A stretch of DNA of 32,000 nt from Candidatus Syntropharchaeum caldarium (GCA_001766815.1 LYOS01000003.1:1-32000), one strand, 5' to 3'; counted from the stretch's first letter, positions 8,420 to 15,646 are shown. Notes: generated by a model from the letters alone, not told the origin. Numbers and translations are program-made.

Positions 8420-8431
8420 TTTTCTTTTTTT
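8420..8431 (+). terminator. Oligo-T archaeal terminator after the cytochrome gene
   Basis: TTTTCTTTTTTT lies 13 nt after the stop codon, followed by AAAAAATAT and the GGAGGT RBS of the next gene. Confidence 0.45.
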
Positions 8432-8453
8432 AAAAAATATGGAGGTTTTAAGA

Positions 8454-8873
8454 ATGGAACCTGTAAACGAGAATAAGATTGGTATTGCAAAGGGAACTGA
8501 GCTTGAAAATGTTGTGAAGGCAAACTTTCAGGGTGAGACGACGGAAGTCGGGCTTTACCTTGCGATGGCACGATGTGCACAGCGAGAAGGTTACCCCGAG
8601 ATCGCAGAGGTCTTGAAGACGCTTGCCTTTGAAGAAGCGGCGCATGGAGCACGATTTGCTGAGCTCAACGCCGAGATCTCAACGAGCACAGAGGAGAATC
8701 TGAAATATATGCTTGAAGGCGAACGAATGGCGAATAAGGAGAAGTTAGATGCTGCGATGAAGGCGAAAGAACTCGGGCTTGATGAACTTCATGATCTCTT
8801 CGATGAATCCTCCAGAGATGAAGCACGGCATGCAAAAGCACTTGAAGGTCTCCTGAAGCGGTATTTTGGTTGA
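8454..8873 (+). CDS. Rubrerythrin-like diiron (ferritin-fold) protein without a rubredoxin domain
   Basis: 139 aa from ATG 8454, with RBS GGAGGT at 8441-8446. The 8343 start in the ORF track overlaps the cytochrome tail and is rejected. Diiron motifs E..GE...Y, EEAAH and DEARH. Confidence 0.8.
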   Translation: MEPVNENKIGIAKGTELENVVKANFQGETTEVGLYLAMARCAQREGYPEIAEVLKTLAFEEAAHGARFAELNAEISTSTEENLKYMLEGERMANKEKLDAAMKAKELGLDELHDLFDESSRDEARHAKALEGLLKRYFG

Positions 8874-8882
8874 TAGATTAAC

Positions 8883-9212
8883 ATGAAGATCGCAGTGGTT
8901 AGATGCGAGATCGTGTCTGAGGTATGCCCTGGTGTTGGCTGCTTCAAGGCATTCAATGATCGGAGAGAGTATTTCAAAGATTATGGAGAGGATGCCGAGA
9001 TCGTGGGGTTCTTTACCTGCGGCGGGTGCTCTGGCAGGCGGGTTATGAGACTTGTTGGAAGCCTTAAGAAGTACGGGGTCGATGTAATCCATCTTGGGTC
9101 CTGTATGACGATGGGTGAGCGAGAGGGATATCTCCCATGCCCGCATCTGGATACGATTAGATCAGGTATCGAGTCAAAAGGTGTCAAGGTAGTATCAGGG
9201 ACGCATCATTAG
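8883..9212 (+). CDS. CGGC-domain protein
   Basis: 109 aa: MKIAVVRCEIVSEVCPGVGCF...FFTCGGCSGRR...HLGSCM. This is the literal CGGC motif in its usual context. Confidence 0.75.
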   Translation: MKIAVVRCEIVSEVCPGVGCFKAFNDRREYFKDYGEDAEIVGFFTCGGCSGRRVMRLVGSLKKYGVDVIHLGSCMTMGEREGYLPCPHLDTIRSGIESKGVKVVSGTHH

Positions 9213-9229
9213 AGAAGAGGTTACTGAAT

Positions 9230-9910
9230 ATGGTAAAACGACTCATCATAAAGATAGACGAGGAGAAATGTGATGGCTGTGGGGAATGTGTCATCGCATG
9301 CGAGGAGGGAGCACTTGAGATCATCGATGGAAAGGCTAAGGTTGTCAAAGAGAGTCTCTGCGATGGTCTTGGTGCGTGTATCGGTGAATGCCCACAGGGA
9401 GCGCTTACAATCGAAGAACGTGAAGCAGAGGCATTTTTGGGGGCAGAAATACCTGTATGCCCCTCCACAAAGTCGATGGTCTGGGAAAAACCTTCTGAAT
9501 CGAAAGAAACAGTACGAACAAGCTCTGAGCTTCGCCAGTGGCCAGTTCTACTCAATCTTGTATCTCCACAGGCTCCCTATTTCAAAAACGCAGATTTACT
9601 CCTTGTTGCAGACTGCGTTCCTGTTGCATACCCGAACTTCCACGCCGACTTTCTTAAAAATCACGCTATCGCGGTTGGTTGCCCAAAGTTCGATGATGTC
9701 AACGTCTATCTGAATAAGGTTACAGAGATCCTGAAGCAATCAGATCTTAAAAGTCTCACCGTGCTCTACATGGAGGTTCCATGCTGTTTTGGACTTGTAC
9801 ATCTTGCACAGGAGGCGGTCAAGCGATCTGGAATGGATGTGCCGTTCAAGGTCATTAAGATTGGAATAAAGGGCGAGGTAATTGAAGAAAAAAGAGGTGA
9901 AATAAAATGA
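9230..9910 (+). CDS. 2x[4Fe-4S] ferredoxin domain fused to an uncharacterised Cys-containing C-terminal domain
   Basis: 226 aa. CDGCGECVIAC and CDGLGACIGECP are ferredoxin motifs. The C-terminal part carries WPVLLNLV...LLLVADCVPVAY...VGCPKFDD...MEVPCCFGL. Confidence 0.75.
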   Translation: MVKRLIIKIDEEKCDGCGECVIACEEGALEIIDGKAKVVKESLCDGLGACIGECPQGALTIEEREAEAFLGAEIPVCPSTKSMVWEKPSESKETVRTSSELRQWPVLLNLVSPQAPYFKNADLLLVADCVPVAYPNFHADFLKNHAIAVGCPKFDDVNVYLNKVTEILKQSDLKSLTVLYMEVPCCFGLVHLAQEAVKRSGMDVPFKVIKIGIKGEVIEEKRGEIK

Positions 9911-10236
9911 GCGATGAGGCCATAAAATCAAGAGCAATCAAACTCTCAGAATTTATCGATTACTCCCCAGGCTCGATCGTGAGTAAAGCAATCGTTGATA
10001 AGAAGGCAGGTACGATAACCCTCTTTGCTTTTGACCGTGGTCAGGGCTTGAGTGAACATTCAGCACCGTTTGACGCTGTTGTGCAGGTTATAGAGGGTGA
10101 GGCAGAGGTCATAATTGGTGGAGAGGTGCATAGGGTCAGAGCGGGAGAGATCATCATCATGCCAGCAGATGTCCCACATGCAGTGAAGGCGCCTGAGCAA
10201 TTCAAGATGCTTCTTGTGATGATCAGATCGCAATGA
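9907..10236 (+). CDS. Cupin-fold protein
   Basis: 109 aa with an ATGA start/stop overlap with the upstream gene. Core: GQGLSEHSAPFDAVVQVIEGEAEVIIGGEVHRVRAGEIIIMPADVPHAV. Confidence 0.7.
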   Translation: MSDEAIKSRAIKLSEFIDYSPGSIVSKAIVDKKAGTITLFAFDRGQGLSEHSAPFDAVVQVIEGEAEVIIGGEVHRVRAGEIIIMPADVPHAVKAPEQFKMLLVMIRSQ

Positions 10237-10245
10237 GGAGAAAAA

Positions 10246-11025
10246 ATGTTCTCAAGTGATCTGAAATTAATCGTAATTTACAGCGATCTCTTCGGAGATA
10301 AGTTCATCAGAAACCTCGTGAATACGACAACCTTCTGTATATCCTGCGCTGAGGCGTGCGATCACTGCAGAGAAGGTAAGTTTAACTTTTCGACAAATAT
10401 CGTGGGCATCTTCAAATTACCGGATCCTGCAACGCTTCCTGAATTTATCGAGGAAGGAATTGAGGAGTACATGCCACAGAATCTCCCAGAAGCAGATCTT
10501 GCGATAGTATCAGGGGTTCACAATGATATTCTGCTTGAGCTTCCATATCTTCTTAAAAGTGCAGGGATAAAAGCGATGATCGTCCCAATCGAGGCATCAG
10601 CACGTCTTGGAATTGCACAGGTTCAGGAAATATGTGAGAAACTTGAAATCGAGTTTGCCGCACCAAAACCGTTCTGTGAGCTTGATCTCGATCCTGATAA
10701 GCCTGTGATCTCACAGTTCATCGAAGAGTTCGGTATCGGGCGACCGAAGCTAAACGTGGAGCTTGATGGAGAGAGGATTGCCCGTATGGATGTTATAAGG
10801 AGTGCCCCCTGTGGCTGCACATGGTACATCGCAAAGCAGCTTCGAAATGTTAAGATTTCAGATAGAAGAGAGTTATGGGATCGGATCAGTGAGGCACACC
10901 ACTCCTACCCCTGTACCGCAAGCATGGAGCACGATTCTGTACTTGGAGATACGATACTTCATAAGGCGGGGTATATTGCGAGGGAGGCGGTTGAGGAGGG
11001 GATTGAGGGGAAAACAATTTTATAG
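10246..11025 (+). CDS. Cys-containing conserved archaeal protein, probably DUF166 family
   Basis: 259 aa. Features I associate with DUF166: N-terminal C..C..C..C, KPFCEL, RSAPCGCTWYIAKQL and HHSYPCTASMEHD...GDTILHKAGYI. Family assignment is from memory only. Confidence 0.55.
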   Translation: MFSSDLKLIVIYSDLFGDKFIRNLVNTTTFCISCAEACDHCREGKFNFSTNIVGIFKLPDPATLPEFIEEGIEEYMPQNLPEADLAIVSGVHNDILLELPYLLKSAGIKAMIVPIEASARLGIAQVQEICEKLEIEFAAPKPFCELDLDPDKPVISQFIEEFGIGRPKLNVELDGERIARMDVIRSAPCGCTWYIAKQLRNVKISDRRELWDRISEAHHSYPCTASMEHDSVLGDTILHKAGYIAREAVEEGIEGKTIL

Positions 11026-11061
11026 CATTTGCAAATAATGGTTTTAGCAGGAAAGTTTCTG

Positions 11062-11071
11062 TTTTTTTTTT
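11062..11071 (+). terminator. T10 tract, a likely terminator of the second redox operon
   Basis: Ten consecutive T, 37 nt downstream of the stop at 11025. Confidence 0.45.
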
Positions 11072-11086
11072 GTTATTGGTAACCGC

Positions 11087-11100
11087 TATATATATTTAAA
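11087..11100 (+). promoter_or_regulatory. TATA-like box positioned for a leaderless transcript starting near 11119
   Basis: TATATATATTTAAA lies about 20-30 nt upstream of ATG 11119. That spacing fits an archaeal TATA-to-TSS distance. Confidence 0.35.
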
Positions 11101-11118
11101 CTTCAACCCTCTGGTTTG

Positions 11119-11247
11119 ATGAAAGCGTTGGGCATTTCAGTGATGGTGCTGATGGTGATGGCGGTAACGGTAGTGGCTGCAGGTGCGAGCGATCTGAAAG
11201 CGGTTGGAAGCCCAGTACGTGATATTGTAACGGACGCAAATAAGTAA
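11119..11247 (+). CDS. 42-aa hydrophobic micro-protein (signal-peptide-like or single TM), not in the ORF track
   Basis: MKALGISVMVLMVMAVTVVAAGASDLKAVGSPVRDIVTDANK. Shows strong GNN/RNY codon periodicity (gtg atg gtg ctg atg gtg atg gcg gta acg gta gtg gct gca ggt gcg). A TATA-like box sits upstream and the next gene starts 3 nt after its stop. Confidence 0.4.
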   Translation: MKALGISVMVLMVMAVTVVAAGASDLKAVGSPVRDIVTDANK

Positions 11248-11249
11248 TT

Positions 11250-11861
11250 ATGATAATCATGCGAAATAGAAACAACCGAACCCAAAAAATCATACGATCT
11301 CTTGCTGGTTTGTTGTTAATGGTACTACTATTCTTTTTAGTGCTCACAACCGTGGTGGGAAAGGATATTTACCAGTACAGATTGTTTGAGGCCATTGGGC
11401 AGATGTATGGAGTTTTTATCCTTTTTGGATGGCTTTTTATTGGTTTTTTGGCTGCGATGCTTATCTTTATCCGTGTATTTAAATGGGATAATAAACTGAA
11501 CGCTGGTTATGTGATCGGGGGTTTATTTGGCCTGTTTGTTTATTATCTCTGGGCGTTGTTCTTGATTCTATTTCTCAGATCTTCTACTTCGTGGTTCAAT
11601 AGCTTTCAGTGGCTTACAGGAGGCTCGATCATATTGTTTGTAGTGGGAGGTATCTATCTCTTTACCTCTTGTGGCAGACAGAAAGTGAAGGAGCGTATTC
11701 GATCGGACGTGATAATCTTTCTGATCACATTCTTCGTATGGCTTGGTTTTGTAGGGATACTGGATATTGCGAAGATGCCTCTCCCTGTTCAAGTTAACAT
11801 TGGCATTGGTTACCTGCTGGCTCTTATGATTCTCTGGAGTGTGAAAAGCAATGAAGTTTAG
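11250..11861 (+). CDS. Polytopic membrane protein (about 6 TM), function unknown
   Basis: 203 aa with repeated hydrophobic segments (LLLMVLLFFLVLTTVV, VFILFGWLFIGFLAAMLIFI, LFGLFVYYLWALFLILFL, SIILFVVGGIYLF, IIFLITFFVWLGFVGIL, IGIGYLLALMILW). Alternative start at ATG 11259. Confidence 0.65.
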   Translation: MIIMRNRNNRTQKIIRSLAGLLLMVLLFFLVLTTVVGKDIYQYRLFEAIGQMYGVFILFGWLFIGFLAAMLIFIRVFKWDNKLNAGYVIGGLFGLFVYYLWALFLILFLRSSTSWFNSFQWLTGGSIILFVVGGIYLFTSCGRQKVKERIRSDVIIFLITFFVWLGFVGILDIAKMPLPVQVNIGIGYLLALMILWSVKSNEV

Positions 11862-11970
11862 TATCGCTATTTACACCACAGGTATTTTTTATTTTATCAC
11901 TTTTTTAATTTTACTTCTTATTGCATATTGGTTGTGGAAAAAGAGAAAAATAAAAGGAGAAAAGATGTGA
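11851..11970 (+). CDS. Possible 39-aa single-TM micro-protein
   Basis: MKFSIAIYTTGIFYFITFLILLLIAYWLWKKRKIKGEKM, overlapping the upstream gene by 11 nt. The AT-rich context makes chance hydrophobic ORFs likely. Confidence 0.2.
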   Translation: MKFSIAIYTTGIFYFITFLILLLIAYWLWKKRKIKGEKM

Positions 11971-12178
11971 GGAGTGTGGGCTAAGATGAAAATCCCAGAT
12001 TCCCGATCAACACCGACCAACCAACCCTACCGAAGGCTATATATACGGCAGGAGCATACTCAAAAACGAGAAAGAAGGAAATTTTCGAGGGTTGCAGAAA
12101 AGTCTACGAAAACAAGGATTGAGACGCCCAATATGCTAATACGCCGTTTCAGCTGTGAAAAATAAATGGAGATAAGAT

Positions 12179-12499
12179 ATGAAAGTTGGCATCGTAATCT
12201 ATTCAAATGACTCGGAAATAGTATGGAATGCCTTTCGGTTTGGAAATTTTGCATTGAATGAAGGTGATGAGGTAAAAGTATTCTTACTTGCCAAAGGTGT
12301 GGAGTGCGAATCTATAGACACAGATAAGTTTAATATAACAGAACAAATGCAGACGTTCGTTGATAAGGGTGGCGAAATATTTGCCTGCGGTATATGCCTC
12401 AAGATTCGCCAATCTGAAGGTTCGCAAATGTGTCCTTTATCAACGATGAAAGACTTGTATGAAATCGTAAAGTGGTGTGATAAGATTGTTACATTTTAG
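12179..12499 (+). CDS. DsrE/DsrF-like sulfur-relay family protein
   Basis: 106 aa with a GGAG RBS upstream. MKVGIVIYSND...KVFLLAKGV...GGEIFACGICLKIRQ...STMKDLYEIVKWCDKIVTF fits the DsrE-family pattern (the ACGxC...R and terminal ...D K ..TF). Confidence 0.7.
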   Translation: MKVGIVIYSNDSEIVWNAFRFGNFALNEGDEVKVFLLAKGVECESIDTDKFNITEQMQTFVDKGGEIFACGICLKIRQSEGSQMCPLSTMKDLYEIVKWCDKIVTF

Positions 12500-12749
12500 A
12501 AGTAGAGTCTAAACACGCTCACCCTCACTGGCATATACCAAACAGATATGCGGTTCGCATCGCTCTTCGAGTGAGTCTTCCAGCCTTTGGGACTTGCCCG
12601 ACTGAAAAGGCGATAAAGAAGTGCGAGGGGTAAGTGGTGAGGTATTCGCAAGGTATATAAGCATAAAAGTGAAAAAAATGTGTGCAAGTGTATTTATGTT
12701 TCTTGGTAGATAGTCTCGATGGAGCGGCTCAATTGCGGAGGCGGGTGTT

Positions 12750-13502
12750 ATGGATAAAGCCGTTGACATGAAGGCAGAGGAGATAATTAAAAGATTATCT
12801 AATCGCGATGAAGAATTCTTCATAAACACAACTGCCAAGGTTGTTTCAGTGGATAAAAGAATAAAAGAAGGGGATAGGTGGACTTTGGGAAGTATTACAG
12901 CTGAGAACATAGAAGATGCAAAAACGTACAAGATAAACTTTAGAATTAACTTGTGGGGCAAATTCTCAATTCTGGTGAATGAGTTGGAGAAAGGAGATAT
13001 CTTAAATATTAAAAATGGACTGGCAAAAAATTATTCTTACAATGATAAAACATACCCCCAGATAAATTGTGACGAAAGATACGGTTCTCAGGTGGAGATC
13101 AAATATAAAAAAGAAAGAATCCTCGTTGACGGAGCAAATGTTGCATGGGAAGCAAAAAAAGAGGGAGGGCCAAATATAGATAATATCGAAATAATCCGGT
13201 TAAAATTGGAGAAGCAAGGATATACCCCAATAATTATTGTTGATGCCAGTCTGAGGCATATAATACCCGAAGCAGATAAAGAACGGTTTGGAAAGTGGAT
13301 CGATGAAGGAAAAGTGATCCAGGCCCCTGCACAAGTAAGAGCGGATGATGCGTTATTGAAATTTGCAGATGGAAGAGGACTGAAAATAGTTAGTAATGAT
13401 ACATTTAAAGATTACAGGAATATTTACCCTTGGATTAAGGATAGGAGTAAAAGGGTACCGTTTAACATAATAGGTACTCAGGCTATCTTGCATTTCCATT
13501 GA
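12750..13502 (+). CDS. OB-fold (RPA/tRNA-anticodon-type) domain fused to a Zc3h12a-like NYN ribonuclease domain
   Basis: 250 aa with RBS GGAGGCGGGTG upstream. N-terminal OB-like segment: AKVVSVD...WTLGSITAEN...INLWGKF...LEKGDILNIKNG. NYN acidic residues in context: ILVD127GANVAWE, IIIVD165ASLRH, RADD200ALLKFA and KIVSND217TFKDY. Confidence 0.7.
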   Translation: MDKAVDMKAEEIIKRLSNRDEEFFINTTAKVVSVDKRIKEGDRWTLGSITAENIEDAKTYKINFRINLWGKFSILVNELEKGDILNIKNGLAKNYSYNDKTYPQINCDERYGSQVEIKYKKERILVDGANVAWEAKKEGGPNIDNIEIIRLKLEKQGYTPIIIVDASLRHIIPEADKERFGKWIDEGKVIQAPAQVRADDALLKFADGRGLKIVSNDTFKDYRNIYPWIKDRSKRVPFNIIGTQAILHFH

Positions 13503-13873
13503 AAAAGCTGGAGTGAAGTGTATGCGGAAGAAGCAAATGTATAGAAATGTAGTTTTCCTCAGTATACCAGCAATTGTATTTGGTATAATTTCCCTGAGGT
13601 ATAGGCTACTTCTAGATATGGTTTTGGTAGAAACCCAGGCGTTGTAATGGTAATAAAAGGCATAGAGTGTTCTTTGCTGATATGGATATGCTTGATAATT
13701 ATAGGCATTTCCTAGATTTGCGGTTGGTTAGAAAAATAATGACTGAAGAAAAGATGATAAGCAAGACAAACTCTCTAAATGTCACGGAATCCATTGCGTG
13801 GAGGAGAGAGGGTAAGTGGTCGAACCCCTACTTGCTGAATTGGTGATACAGATGAAGCATTGGAGGAAAAGGC

Positions 13874-14518
13874 ATGAAATTTTGTACTTCGTGTGGAAAG
13901 ATGCTTAAGTTTGACGGAGAAAATTGGTATTGCCCCACATGCGAACCCGCACGACACAAAAAGGTCCTGGATCGAGAAAGGAGAAGAAAAAGAATGCATG
14001 AAAAGCGTACTTACGCAGAGGCAAGACCACGAATTTTCGTTCGCAGGGATGAAAACAAAAGAGTGGATATCTTTCTCTATTGTGAACCAAAAATATCAGG
14101 GAGTGAATACAGGAAATGTTGTGAAATTCTTGAAGAATGTGGCTTTAAACACGAAAAGAATCAAAAAGAGAAATGGCATAAAGATGGCGTCCCCCCATTT
14201 AAGTTACTTGAAAAATTAAAAGAATGTAACATGAAAATATATGATGATGATGCAAAGATCAACATTGCCTATGCAGACAATAAAGAAGGAGTGAAAGTCT
14301 ATCTCTTTGATCCCAGAATATGGCTACCTCCAGATAAATATAAAAAATACTGCGAGATATTAAGAAAACAAGGTTTTGAACAACGTACTGTCAGTACAGA
14401 TACTTCCTACGGCAGGAAAGAAATATGGTACAGAAGTGATAGATCGGTCCTATACGATTTAATAGATGATCTAAAAAGACGTGGTATTAACGTATTATTG
14501 CGAGGTGAAGAGGTATGA
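13874..14518 (+). CDS. Zn-ribbon protein (TFS/RpoM-like N-terminal ribbon) with two tandem copies of an unknown domain of about 75 aa
   Basis: 214 aa with a GGAGGA RBS. MKFCTSCGKMLKFDGENWYCPTCE is followed by a basic linker (RERRRKRMHEKR). Repeats A (res 53-123) and B (res 129-210) share YRKCCEILEECGF/YKKYCEILRKQGF and KEKWHKD/KEIWYRSD. Confidence 0.65.
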   Translation: MKFCTSCGKMLKFDGENWYCPTCEPARHKKVLDRERRRKRMHEKRTYAEARPRIFVRRDENKRVDIFLYCEPKISGSEYRKCCEILEECGFKHEKNQKEKWHKDGVPPFKLLEKLKECNMKIYDDDAKINIAYADNKEGVKVYLFDPRIWLPPDKYKKYCEILRKQGFEQRTVSTDTSYGRKEIWYRSDRSVLYDLIDDLKRRGINVLLRGEEV

Positions 14519-14593
14519 TTCATAGCTTATTTTGAACTTTATTTGATTTAATGAGGAATAAAGAGTGAAAATATCAAATATTCTCCCCCCCCC

Positions 14594-15646
14594 TCAATAC
14601 CTCAACACCGCCCCAACCCCACCAAGTCCCTTCAACTGCTTGCCAGGCTCAAACTCGCTGCTGAATATGACAACTCTCCCCCCTGCATCCTCCACCAGCT
14701 TGATCAACTCCTCAAGCTTCCTCTCTCCTTCCATCCTGCTCTCTCTCAGAACCTCATCGAGTAGCAGCAGTATCTTAACAGCCCCAATCTCAGCCTTGCT
14801 CCGCACCTCATCAAAGCCATAAGCTGCCTTGCCCTCAAGTGCAACCTCTCTCAAGAACTCCTCGATGAGTTCAGCCTCCTCTGCTATCCTGAAAGAAGAC
14901 GCAATCTCAAGAACCCCGCTTTTTCCTTTTCTCAGGACTTCCTGATACCCTGAGGGTCCTGTGGACTGTGTATCGACGACGATGAGTTTGGATGAGATCT
15001 CCTGGCTCTGCTCCCTGAGGCGTGATACAAACTCATTCTTCACAAAACCAGGACCTGCAACAACGAAAAGATCCGCTTCAATGGGTACCCGTTTAAGGTG
15101 ATCTATAACGATGGAAAAGAAATCCTTATCTGTGCCACCTCTTTTCCCCCTCGATCCACTGCACGTGAAGAGTTCTTCGACCCCAAACTCCCGCAGCCTC
15201 CCACACGCAGCATATCCCTCTTCAATTGTTAGAACCAGCACACTCGTTCCTGAACCCCGCTCAACCGCGCTCTCCAACCGCTCGAGCTGATCCCCGTGCC
15301 ATGATTTGGATACTTTAAGCTCACTTCCAGGCTCGATGTTGAGTGTGTGATATGAGCCGGTATCCATTCCTTCCTCAATTATACCATGGATCCTCAATCG
15401 ATTGGAAAACCTGTGAAATTCAACCTCCTCGACCCTGATCGCGAGATAGACCGGTTTTTTCTCCCGCTTCTCGGATCGTATCTTATCACTTGCTTCTTCC
15501 ACCCGCCTGTATGTCAGAGCATGAATGATATCCCCAGGTTCAACGATGTACTTCAGATGCCATAGATCATCGAGTGATTCCACCAGGAGTTTTACACTCC
15601 CTTCCCGACGTTTCAGCTTCTTTGCGAGTATCTGCACACAGTCCAC
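14594..15646 (-). CDS. pelA: Pelota (Dom34) mRNA-surveillance / ribosome-rescue factor
   Basis: 350 aa. ...SVKLLVESLDDLWHLKYIVEPGDIIHALTYRR... and the eRF1-like C-terminal domains are typical of archaeal Pelota. Confidence 0.85.
   Translation of the reverse strand: MDCVQILAKKLKRREGSVKLLVESLDDLWHLKYIVEPGDIIHALTYRRVEEASDKIRSEKREKKPVYLAIRVEEVEFHRFSNRLRIHGIIEEGMDTGSYHTLNIEPGSELKVSKSWHGDQLERLESAVERGSGTSVLVLTIEEGYAACGRLREFGVEELFTCSGSRGKRGGTDKDFFSIVIDHLKRVPIEADLFVVAGPGFVKNEFVSRLREQSQEISSKLIVVDTQSTGPSGYQEVLRKGKSGVLEIASSFRIAEEAELIEEFLREVALEGKAAYGFDEVRSKAEIGAVKILLLLDEVLRESRMEGERKLEELIKLVEDAGGRVVIFSSEFEPGKQLKGLGGVGAVLRY

Noticed and set aside
8343-8453. Upstream extension of the rubrerythrin ORF
   Set aside because: It overlaps the PGF-CTERM coding tail of the cytochrome and crosses the oligo-T tract. 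ATG 8454 has a proper GGAGGT RBS. The same logic applies to the upstream extensions at 18004-18084, 20059-20091 and 27997-28029.
11974-12165. 63-aa highly basic plus-strand ORF between the membrane protein and the DsrE-like gene
   Set aside because: No RBS or promoter is evident, the composition is low-complexity and Arg/Lys/Thr-rich, and there is no motif. Likely non-coding spacer.
12511-12524. Exact 14-mer TAAACACGCTCACC, also present at 19684-19697, both at gene-block junctions. Considered as att or recombination sites
   Set aside because: By my rough estimate, one or two exact 14-mer pairs are expected by chance in 32 kb. The flanks do not extend the match beyond chance.
12628-12638. 11-mer GGGTAAGTGGT repeated at 13810-13820, flanking the OB-NYN gene. 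Considered as direct repeats of an insertion
   Set aside because: 11-mers recur many times by chance in a window this size, and the neighbouring bases align only with an indel.
12500-12749. Spacer richer in GC than the rest of the AT-rich islet. Considered as an ncRNA, tRNA fragment or riboswitch
   Set aside because: I could not fold a convincing conserved structure by eye or find tRNA T-arm, RNase P, SRP or C/D-box signatures. The 150-aa minus ORF (12509-12961) overlapping it has no motifs and runs into the NYN gene.
13522-13715. Two tandem hydrophobic mini-ORFs (41 and 22 codons, joined by a TAATG overlap) after the NYN gene. Considered as small toxins or membrane peptides
   Set aside because: AT-rich sequence generates Phe/Ile/Leu-rich ORFs by chance. 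Only a weak RBS is present and conservation cannot be assessed here.
14585-14593. C9 homopolymer (G9 on the pelota sense strand) immediately after the pelota stop codon
   Set aside because: It lies outside the coding sequence, so slippage would not affect the protein. Possibly part of a 3' structure, but a single tract is not enough evidence.
14565-14822. 85-aa plus-strand ORF
   Set aside because: Antisense to the pelota 3' region. Pro/Ser/Leu low-complexity translation.
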